A stretch of 64,000 bases of DNA from the NCBI GenBank assembly GCA_951406725.2, contig OX597827.1, positions 46,252,001-46,316,000 of the forward strand. The letters are read 5' to 3'. Below are positions 54,163 through 64,000 of this stretch, piece after piece. The position numbers were made by a program, and so were the translations under genes. This DNA comes from Octopus vulgaris. Taxonomy: Eukaryota. Within the stretch, counting starts at the first letter, position 1, and every line of letters starts with the position of its first letter. Under the pieces are notes generated by a model. That model saw nothing but the letters and a program-made list of their open reading frames with translations. It was not told where the DNA came from and did not search any database.

Positions 54163-55456
54163 TTGGGTTGGCAACTAAGTTCCCGCTGTTTCTTTTAATT
54201 TTGGAATTTATTGTGTTTTTAAATTTTGGAATCTATTTTTTCAAGAATTCTATTTTTGAATCATTTTGGAATCTATTTTATTTTGTTTTGTCTTTTGTAG
54301 TTAATTTTAGTTAATTTTTGTTTATTTTCAGATTATTAAAATGGAATGTCAAGTTAAGAAAAACGAGCATTTTCGACACCTCCTCCTTTTTGCTTTTAAT
54401 CAAGGTTCTAAGGCCGCAAAAGCTGCTCACAATATTTATGCAGTGTATGGAGCGGGTGTTATAGCTGAAAGAACCACTTGTGATTGGTATGCCAAGTTCA
54501 AAAATGGGAATTTTGACCTCAAAGATGCACCTCATTCTGGCTGTCCAGTTGTGTTCGATGAAGAGTGATTAAACCAACTTTTGCACGAAAATTCTCGTCA
54601 AACAACAAGGGAACTGGCAGGGAAAATGGAATGCTCCCACTCTGCTATAGAGAAGCATCTTCACTCAATGGCAAAGGTTCAGAAGTATGGAGCATGGGTT
54701 CCACATGCTTTAAGTGACAACAACAAAAATCAATGAGCAACAATCTCTGCTGGTTTGCTTGCTCGTCACCGCTCAACTCATGGACACAAGCAACGATTTC
54801 TTTACCGAATCATTACTGGTGATGAAAAATGGTACCTGTACATCAATATGAAGCAGCATAAGGAATGGCTTAGCCCCGGTAAACAAGCGACACCACGCGT
54901 GAAACATGATGTTCATCCGCGTAAAACGATGTTGTGTGCATGGTGGGACTGGGAAGGGATTATCCATTACAAATTGCTTGAATGGAACCAAACGGTCAAC
55001 GTGGAACTCTATGTTCAACAGATGGAATGACTCAACATGGCTATTCAAGAGAAAAAAAACCTAATCGGCAGCATGGAGTTCTTCTGCTGCACGATAACAC
55101 CTGCCTTCATATTGCCAATATGACCAAGTAAGCCATTTAAACGCATGGCTGGGAAGTGCTGCCTCACTTGCTGTACTCTCTTGATTTGGCACCAACGGAT
55201 TTCCACCTCTTTCGAATGCTATGTGCGGAGTTTCGTTCAATATTGATGAATTAATTTGGAGCTTGGTTGGATCAATTTTTTTAATCAAAAACAGGTGATT
55301 TCTACCAACAAAGTATTGAAAATCTTGTTGAACGTTGGGAAGAAGTTGTAAACAACAATGGTGAATACATTTTTGATTAATTAGTTGTTATTTTTTTAGT
55401 AAACCTTTTAAAAATTAAAATTTAAAAAAACGGCAGGAACTTAGTTGCCAACCTAA
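54163..55456 (+). mobile_element. Full-length defective mariner transposon (mellifera-subfamily-like)
   Basis: TA-flanked TIRs TTGGGTTGGCAACTAAGTTCC / GGAACTTAGTTGCCAACCTAA; length 1294 bp. The transposase 54341-55380 has WVPHAL, ITGDEKW, WWDWEG, HDN and YSLDLAPTD but is broken by stops and frameshifts. Confidence 0.92.
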
Positions 55457-55887
55457 TACATTACTGTAACTGGTACCTATTTTTTAACCTGCTTTCATCC
55501 AGAATCATGAAATGAAGTGAAATGTAATGCTATAAAAAATTTTAAAAAAACATGCCACCTCTACCTTCTTCACATTGATTGTACGGAGCTTTGAACCATT
55601 AAATATAGAACTAGTCACATTTAAAATTAAAAAAAAATCCAACCTCAGATCTCCATTGTCTGTCCAAACAATTACTGAATTTTCCAGCACACAAGTCAAC
55701 ATGGTATATAGTGTGAACATGTAGTGTAAACATTCAAACATCATCACTACCTTTCCAAATCTGGCTGCATTTTATTTCACATGGAATTTTTGGTCCTACA
55801 AAGTTGTCTTGGTATATAAGTTGACTTGCCTTTTTTTGGTTGTAAATTTTGGTCTGAAAAATTCAACTTGTATGCTGGAAAATCTGG

Positions 55888-55930
<43 letters not shown>

Positions 55931-55939
55931 TCATATTTA

Positions 55940-55988
<49 letters not shown>

Positions 55989-55989
55989 C

Positions 55990-56222
55990 ACATATATATA
56001 TTCATACATATATATATATATACACACATGTATATTCATACATATATATATACACACATGTATATTCATACATATATATATATATACACATGTATATTCA
56101 TACATATATATATACACATGTATATTCATACATATATATATATATACACATGTATATTCATACATATATATATATATACACATGTATATTCATACATATA
56201 TATATATATACACATGTATATT

Positions 56223-56232
<10 letters not shown>
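55990..56232. repeat. Minisatellite (TA)nCACATGTATATTCATACA, ~7 units
   Basis: Directly visible. Unit length varies with the TA count. Confidence 0.9.
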
Positions 56233-56268
<36 letters not shown>

Positions 56269-56367
56269 CATATATATATATATGTATGTATGACAAAGGA
56301 GTTTTATTTTTAAAAACCCTTTGCCTTATTTTTCTTTTTTTGTTTCCATTTCTTTTCCTCTTATTTC

Positions 56368-57222
56368 TTATCCAGTGTGTGTCTTTACATGATTTTTCAA
56401 TAGACAAAAATATGAAAAGTGTTTGTCACATATTGCACATACGTGAGGTTTATCTCCCGTATGTGACTTCATATGTCTAAGTAACTGAGAGTTTCCAATG
56501 AACCCTTTCTGACACACTTTACACTTGAAAGGTTTTTCACCCGTGTGGGTCCGCACATGTATTTTCAAAAGACATTGTAATATGAAATATTTGCCACACA
56601 CGTCACACTGAAACTGTTTCTTCACATCGTGTCTCCTCATGTGTTTCCTCAGAATGGTATTCGAAGGATAGCTTTGACCACAAGTGTCGCAGGAGAACGG
56701 TTTCTCTCCAGTATGCTTACGCATGTGCAACGACAATGTGCAGCCTTGAGAAAAAGCTTTACCACATGTACTACATTTAAATGGTTTTTCCCCTGTGTGA
56801 GTCCGGACATGTCTTCTTAAGTGTGAATTGGCAGAAAATCCCTTACCGCATATATCGCAACTAAACGGTTTTTCCCCAGTGTGAATTCGCGTGTGAATTA
56901 ACAAATGGGAACCTCTTGTAAAGCATTTACCACAGTGTTTACAACTGAAGGGTCTTTCACCTGTGTGTGTTCTAATATGTGTAACGAGATGAGAGCTTGC
57001 AGCAAAGCCCTTTCCACATTGTTCACAACAGAAAGGTTTTTCCCCCGAGTGTATTCTTTCATGAACTATTAAACAATACTTCATTGGAAATGATTTCCCA
57101 CAGGTCTCGCATTCATAACACTCTCCGGAATGCATCCGCATGTGGTTTTTCAATTTAGTCTTCTTCGGAAATTCATCCCCACAAAGCTTACACTGGAACA
57201 TTTTGGCTTTTTCATTCCACAT
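56368..57222 (-). CDS. Tandem C2H2 zinc-finger protein (284 aa, 10 fingers)
   Basis: Uninterrupted ORF with ten CxxC-x12-HxxxH motifs and TGEKPF-type linkers. Confidence 0.92.
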   Translation of the reverse strand: MWNEKAKMFQCKLCGDEFPKKTKLKNHMRMHSGECYECETCGKSFPMKYCLIVHERIHSGEKPFCCEQCGKGFAASSHLVTHIRTHTGERPFSCKHCGKCFTRGSHLLIHTRIHTGEKPFSCDICGKGFSANSHLRRHVRTHTGEKPFKCSTCGKAFSQGCTLSLHMRKHTGEKPFSCDTCGQSYPSNTILRKHMRRHDVKKQFQCDVCGKYFILQCLLKIHVRTHTGEKPFKCKVCQKGFIGNSQLLRHMKSHTGDKPHVCAICDKHFSYFCLLKNHVKTHTG

Positions 57223-57461
57223 TTAGAATTTGGGTCTCTCAGTAATAGAGTAAAACCATTTTAGTTCAAAACACTTGAGAAGTGTCTTCTTTAGGATTGC
57301 TTCACTTAAGGCCAGCTTAATGGAGTAGCTAAACCGCCTTAAATGAATTCCTTACTATGTTTTTAATATAGACACTACATGAACAAACAGATTATAGTTT
57401 TCTTGCTTTTTACTCTGTGTTGTTGTTGGTAGACTTGCAACTTATTCAACATGACAGCTGT

Positions 57462-57485
57462 CTGGAAAACAGAAAAAGAAAAATT
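57462..57485 (-). promoter_or_regulatory. Putative splice acceptor of the zinc-finger coding exon
   Basis: Minus strand TTTTTCTTTTTCTGTTTTCCAG|ACAGC, 240 nt upstream of the ATG. Confidence 0.55.
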
Positions 57486-57685
57486 GGAATAAAAGAACGT
57501 CTGAGAATGAAGATTAAAAAAAAAAAAATGGTTGATATTTTCATAATATATTTTCTATTTAATACTTCAGAGTTGATAAAATAAAGCACTAGTTAAATAC
57601 CGGAGATGAGGATATTTTCTAAGTCCCTCCACTGAAAACTGCTGGCCTTGTGGCAAAATTTGAAACCATTATTATTAATAATAAT

Positions 57686-57835
57686 TTGGCGTTAGGAAGG
57701 GCATCCAGCTGTAGAAACTCTGCAAAATCAAGATTGGAGCCTGGTGCAGCCATCTGGTTCACCAGTCGCCAGTCAAATTGTCCAACCCATGCTAGCATGG
57801 AAAGCGGACATTAAACGATGATGATGGTGATGAAG
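57686..57835 (+). mobile_element. SINE 3' part with (GAT)n RTE-like tail
   Basis: GGAAGGGCATCCAGCTGTAGAA...CCATGCTAGCATGGAAAGCGGACATTAAACGATGATG. Related fragments lie near 52390 and 52870. Confidence 0.6.
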
Positions 57836-57849
57836 ATTATTAATAACAG

Positions 57850-58900
57850 AATCGCTGGATGAAATGCTTAGCAGCATTTCAGCCATCTTTATGTTCTGAA
57901 TTCAAATTCTGCAATGGTTGACTTCGCCTTTCATCCTTTCAGCGTCTATAAAATAAGTACCAGTTAAAAACTGAGGTTGATGTAATTAACTAGTCTCCTC
58001 CCTTATAGTAGAAAGGTTTATTGTTTTTACTGTTAAGGCAGTGAACTGCCTGAATCATTAACGTATCAGACGAAACGCTTGGCAGCATTTCTTCTGGCTT
58101 TGCATTCTGAATTGAAACACCGCAAAAGCTGACTTTGTCTTTCAACCTTTCAGAGTCAATGAAATAAGTCCCAGTTAAGCACTGGGGCTGACTAACCCGC
58201 TTCCACAAAATTTCAGGCCTTGCATCTACAGGAGAAAGGATTATTGTTGTCATTATTAAGGGAACAAATAAACAGAACTGTCACCATGTTAGACAAGCAG
58301 CAATTTTTTCTGACTCTATGAAGGCGGTGAGCTGGCAGAAATGTTAGCACACCAGGTGAAATGCTTAGTAGTATTTCGTCTGCCGTTACGTTCTGAGTTC
58401 AAATTCAGACGAGGTCGACTTTGCCTTTCATCCTTTCGGAGTAGATAAATTAAGTACCAGTTACGCACTGGGGTCGATGTAATCGACTAAATCCCTTTGT
58501 CTGACCTTGTTTGTCCCCTCTATGTTTAGCCCCTTGTGGGCAATAAAGAAATAAGATGTTAGCACGCCAGGTGAAATGCTTAGTATTTCGTCTGTCACTA
58601 TGTTCTGAGTTCAAATTCCGAGGTTGACTTTACCTGTCATCCTTTCGGGGTCGATAAATTAAGTACCAGTTGCGTACTGGAGTCAAGCAAATCAACTGGC
58701 TCCTTCCCCAAAATTTCGAGCTTTGTGCCTAGAGTAGAGAAAAAAATTTTCCAACTCTACATTCTGAATTCAAATGCCAATGAAGTCAACTTTGCCTTTC
58801 ATTCTTTCGGGGTCGATAAAATATGTACTAGCTGCACGCTGGAGTTGATGTAATTCTCTTCCCCTTCCTTAAAAATTACTGGCCATGTACCAAAATTATT
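57850..58900. mobile_element. Cluster of Nin/Deu-like SINEs, including a tandem array at 58321-58900
   Basis: Repeated conserved domain on both strands. Confidence 0.8.
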
Positions 58901-59244
58901 ATTATTATCATAAGTGGTTGGTTTTCCAAATGCAATTACACGCTATTAATTATACACCCCGCCTAGTAATTTGTGGAATTGTGTCTGAAATTACCTGTTA
59001 TTATTACATAGAAGGAATGTAGAACATAGAGAAATATTGGTTTGTCATACTCCACTGCCTTAAAGTACTTAGTAATGTGTCTGTTTTAACGTTCAAATCC
59101 CACCAGAGACGAGTTTTGTCTTTTATCTTTTCCAGGTCTATCCAAAGGTGTGCACTGCATTGGCCTTTCACCTTATACATAAACAAGAAACAACAATGCA
59201 CATATGTAATCACAGGATGTATTATAAACGTTTAACGCGACTTG

Positions 59245-59728
59245 TTGCTCTCTTCTTCTTCCAAACAGGACTCGCGCCATTAGCCACAGAGAATAATCTC
59301 TAATTCGAGCCTACTCTAAGTTACTAATATTGCGTGTTGCAACTTGAAAATCCATCCACCATACGCGATAGACTGGCGGTTGTACGAGCGCGAAAGTAAC
59401 ATTGTTATCCTCATTCTGTAAATGGTGGCTTTTAGCGGGTGGAGCTGAACCATCCTGGGGTACAGAGGATTCGCAATCTAGAATAGGGTCTGAAAGTTTA
59501 CCACAACATAGTGGGTTACACCATGGTTCCTCTGCTTTGTGGCAGAAGTAGGAAGAATGAGTGAAAGAAAGTTGTGGTAAAAGAGTACAGCGGGTTTCAC
59601 CACCCCGCCGGAGCCTCGTGGAGCTTAGGTGTTTTTGCTCAATAAACACTCAAAATTCCCGGTCTGAGAATCGAAACCGCGTTCTTACGACCGTAAGCCC
59701 TAACCACTGGGCCATTGCGTATCCACAC
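59245..59728 (-). mobile_element. tRNA-derived SINE (tail type C)
   Basis: Same head as 38752-39130 but a different 3' ~280 bp. Confidence 0.65.
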
Positions 59729-60514
59729 TAGTTGCTGTTGTTTATGTCAGGATCAGCCCTGGCGTAGTAGACAGCGTCAAAAGCATTCCAGCTCTGGCCA
59801 TCCCGTCATTTTTTATATCTAAGACCATTTGACGAGTACTTCTCGTTTTAAAGTACGGGAGGGAAATTTATCGGAGATTTGGCTGTTACTTCTAGCAGGT
59901 AGAGCGACCGCATCGAGGCTCGGTTGATGTACTGTAAAAGTACATGTGATACATATATTGCGAAATATAAAATGTCACAAGTCTACAGTTCCCCTCATTT
60001 CCGTTACATGAATTGGTCGATATGTGGAATAGTTTTAATCAATAGAAAAGAAAGATAGCATAGAATATTAAAAAAATTATTTTAAAAACACGAGATAAAA
60101 ACAGACTAAAAAACGGTTGGCTGTAAAATTTGGCACCTAGTTTTTCAACGTTAACCAAACGAAACGAAATAAAAAAAAAACTGTTCTCTTGGAAAGAAAT
60201 CAATAAATATTTTAAATACCAATGACTTCTAACACATACACCTTTTTTAAAATGATATTTTTCCATCCAATTTAAAAACATTCTCAGACGTTTCAATTGG
60301 TTAAGAATTATGTCTAATTGATTGATATATAAGCACGCAGAAATGTAAAGCAATGTTTTAGCAACGCATTTTCTCCTGGATTAAGAACTGCATGTCGGCA
60401 GACTTGTTGAGGTTTATGATGAAACAGAAAAAAAATCCTTTGTTAGTGATGCATCTTTTGTTTTAATACCAGTAATCATTTATATCATATTATGTTTTGA
60501 TTTTCCTTTTAAAC

Positions 60515-60665
60515 AGCGTGGTAAGTAGCTTGCATACCAACCAAATGGTTCCGAATTTAGTCCCACTGCGTGGCACCTTGGGCAAGTGTGTTCTACTATA
60601 GCCTCGGGCCGACCAAAGCCTTAAGAGTGGATTTGGTAGACGGAAACTGAAAGAAGCCCGTCGTC

Positions 60666-60752
<87 letters not shown>

Positions 60753-60950
60753 GTGTCTGTTTGTTCCCCCAACATCGCTTGACAACCGATGCTGGTGTGT
60801 TTACGTCACCGTAACTTAGCGGTTCGGCATAAAAGACCGATAGAATAAGTACTAGGCTTACAAAGAATAAGTCCTGGGGTCCATTTGCTCGACTAAAGGC
60901 GGTGCTCCAGCATGGCCGCAGTCAAAAGACTGAAACAAGTAAAAGTGAGT
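60515..60950 (+). mobile_element. SINE (GTGGATTTGGTAGACGGAAACTG family)
   Basis: Homologous to 31470-31930. Confidence 0.85.
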
Positions 60951-61810
60951 AAACTAAGAGCCGTTTTTCGTTTCGCTGATATTTAATAATACGGGCGCTA
61001 GGGTTTAACATTAACCTACAAAACTATAAATAGTACGGCTGGTAGTTAAAAAACAATAACAAAATAATAGAATAGAAAAAAATGGTTTACCGTCCACATT
61101 TTGTTGCTCGGTTTCAATTTTCGGCAGAGTTACTTTAACAGTGAACCTAACATTCAACAGTCGTGAGATCAATTAAACAACGTTTGCAGAGTTCATAGCA
61201 GAAGCTGTTATAAAGTGCATGCATCCTCCCGGTGAAAACTTTGCGATTGTTCCTTATTGTATGAAATCCGGAGCCAAAAAAAAAAAACGGATTCAATAAT
61301 AAGGAAACAAATTACATAGATTTCTGGTTTCGATTCCCACTTGTGTATACATTACTTCGGCGCTCATGGGACAGACTTAATTCGCTGCCTAATTAAACAG
61401 CTTCGTCTGGCCGAAGGGAACGATGAAAACTGAAAGAAGGCCATGTGTGTGTGTGTATGCATGCGTGAAAGAGAAAGAAAGAAAGAAAGAGAGAGAAAGA
61501 AAGAAAGAAAGAAAGAAAGAAAAAAAGAGAGAGAAAAGAGAGAGAGAGAGAGAGAGAGTGAGTGTGTATTTGTTTTACTTTTACTGTCTCCTAGCCTTGA
61601 CATCAGGTAATGGTCGTAAGCAAGTGTCCTTTGTCATGGAAGAAATGTTCGTTTCCGATCTGTCATATAAACATGTATGGCCAAGGTGAAATATTACTTG
61701 AAAATATATGAGGGTTGGTGACAAGATGGGCATCCAGCCATACAAAATGTGTCTGATCCACGCGAGCATGAAAAAGTAGATTGATTGTCTTTGGGCTGAA
61801 TCATGTAAAA

Positions 61811-61862
<52 letters not shown>

Positions 61863-61954
61863 ATAAAAATGGTAAGACAACAAAAGAATGAAAGAGACCT
61901 CGATATTACGTAAATAGAAGAATTTATCCGTAAATGTAATATGTGACAATTATT

Positions 61955-62370
61955 GGATCTTTTCGGTTTGAACGGCAGTTTTTTTAGCGGTGTCATATGA
62001 AATTGTCATCCATAATTATGACCCTAGTATCGAACTATTGCATTTCAATCTGTGTTAGGGTTAGGATTAGGGGTGGGGGGAAGGGTATATTTTTTTCTTC
62101 ACAAATGTAAATAAACCCAATCTGTTTCTTAAACGAGGGACATATTCATACGGCACAGAATGTTTTCACCTCAATAGACGTCATTGATTGGTTAAAATTG
62201 CAGAAATTGAAGAAAAAAAAACAACGAATATCTTACAAACTATAGAATTTTCTCAATAAAGCCAAGAGAAAAAGATGTTTTATAAACACATTCTACTAGT
62301 ATACGAAGTTTAAAAGTGTTTAGTTACCTAGAAATTATGTTAAAAACTGCCGTTCAAACCGAAAAGATCC
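61955..62370. mobile_element. MITE with 29-bp TIRs and 8-bp TSD (Merlin- or MULE-like)
   Basis: TIRs GGATCTTTTCGGTTTGAACGGCAGTTTTT / AAAAACTGCCGTTCAAACCGAAAAGATCC. TSD CAATTATT at 61947-54 and 62371-78. Confidence 0.85.
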
Positions 62371-62999
62371 CAATTATTCGGTAGCCATGATAAAACTCCG
62401 AGTTTCGGATGCCGAGTTGAAAATCCATGCCGCCATCTTTTCAGTTGTCCGGCCATCGGAAAAATCCTATGAAAAATGACCGTTATAGGAAGGGAAATTA
62501 CTGCGTGATTGACCGTTATTAAGACAAAAGAGCTATTTAAATGACCGCTAAGTGAGGGAAGGGAGTAAAAGTAAGGGGGTAGAAATTTCATAGTATTCGC
62601 GTAAGCGCGCATGTTCATACCTACACATGTGCGCCTAATAGTATACATTCATCCACTCTCACTTTTATTCTTTTAGACAATCATCCACTTTTTCATGCTT
62701 GCGTGGATCAGACACATTTTGTATGGCTGGATGCCCATCCTGTCACCAGCCCTCATATATTTTCAAGTAATATTTCACCTTGGCCATACATGTTTACATG
62801 AAATTAGGTAGATGGAACTTGTATGGAGTCCCAACAGATGGTCTGTATTCGTAATTCAAAGATCCAGCCCTATGACACTAATTCCCTCCAAGAATTATAC
62901 TAATTAATACTTGTGTCTGCGGAATACTCAACAACCTACATGCCGATTCATTCAGCCATATATTTTTTAAAATCGTTTTTTGTTTCAATCTTTAGACTG

Positions 63000-63240
63000 A
63001 AGCACCGACTTGAAGGAAGTTTTTTTTAGATGTGTGAATCAACTCCTGTACTTTTTTTTTTTCGCAAACCTGACACTTATTCTATCGGTCTCTTTTTACC
63101 GAACCACTAAGTTACGGCGTCGCAAACATACCAACACCAGTTGTGAAACGATGGTGGATAACAGTCAATAATCCCACCCCCATGTATACATATATATATA
63201 TGTGTGTGTGTATACATACATACATACATACATACATACA

Positions 63241-63272
<32 letters not shown>

Positions 63273-63465
63273 TGTGTGTGTGTGTACATATATATGACGT
63301 GCTTCTCTCAGTTTCCGTCTACCAAATCTACTCGCAGGGCTTTGGTCGGCCCGCCCGCGGCTATTGCAGAAAACACTTGCCCAACGTATCACACAGTTGG
63401 ACAGAACCCAGAACCATGTGGTTGGGAAACAAACTCCTTAATACTCAACCACGCTTGCGCCCGCA
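63000..63465 (-). mobile_element. SINE (GTGGATTTGGTAGACGGAAACTG family), diverged
   Basis: Reverse-complement match to 31470-31930. Confidence 0.75.
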
Positions 63466-64000
63466 TATATATATATTTGGTGAACATAGCTTTGATTGGA
63501 AAGAGCAGGTGGTATTTAGAATTTGGACCGTAACCCCCTCCAGTGAGCGGTCAGCTGAGATGACCAACTCATTGCTCATCATCTTCTCTTGGCTTCCAAT
63601 TTAACTCTCGTCTTTTGCTCCATAACCAGCGAGAGACTCTTCCTGATGCTTCTCCCATCCTGTGCACAACTACTTTTCTCTCTCTGTCTCTTATTCCAAT
63701 GATTGTAAGTAATCTCCATACTGAGTAGGAAATCTCTGTTCAACCTCGACTGGGAATAACTACGACTGCCATTCTTTCTCCCCGCAATCCTGCAAAAAGC
63801 TTTGGTAGTATTGAGATTGATCTAACTGAGGGAGAGAGAGAGAGGGGGGAGTGTGTGTGTGGGGGGACAATTATTTCGTCACCTTCAGGCATCCATTTCA
63901 TGAAAGAAGAAAATTCAGGATCCAGAGTTACCTCCCGTGCACTGTGAAGTGTCCTCTCTCTTTCTCGCTATCGTGGGTTTCCTATTTCTGTTTTCAAGAA

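Noticed and set aside
59311-59649. 112-aa ORF
   Set aside because: It lies wholly within a SINE. A similar MFIE(Q/R)KHL start recurs in the SINE copy at 38861-39046.
62050-62075. TTAGGG telomere-like repeats
   Set aside because: Only 2-3 degenerate units, internal to a MITE.
63500-63800. Possible RTE LINE remnant on the minus strand
   Set aside because: Too degenerate to support by eye.

Overview
This is AT-rich, microsatellite-saturated eukaryotic DNA, most likely octopus or another coleoid cephalopod. That inference rests on the SINE families, the microsatellite load and a single-exon tandem C2H2 gene. Nearly all ORFs in the supplied track are artefacts of simple repeats or SINEs. One intact host gene is supported: a 10-finger C2H2 zinc-finger CDS (56368-57222, -). 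The rest is a layered transposon landscape. It includes several tRNA-derived SINE families, decayed Tx1-, R4/Dong-, RTE- and Penelope-type retroelements, decayed Academ, mariner, maT and MULE DNA transposons, and several MITEs with clear TIRs/TSDs. The most notable non-coding signals are four. (1) A ~500-nt imperfect fold-back (33499-33995) whose mismatches look skewed to G.U pairs on the + strand and whose 3' arm may be an exon, making it a candidate ADAR-editing or hairpin-RNA structure. (2) About 8 type-I hammerhead-ribozyme-like motifs of different families, associated with Penelope-like and retrozyme-like sequence. (3) Near-perfect long palindromes inside TA microsatellites. (4) Repeated insertion of a SINE subfamily and a Tx1 LINE at the same site inside another SINE. 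All family names come from motif recognition by eye; no database search was run.
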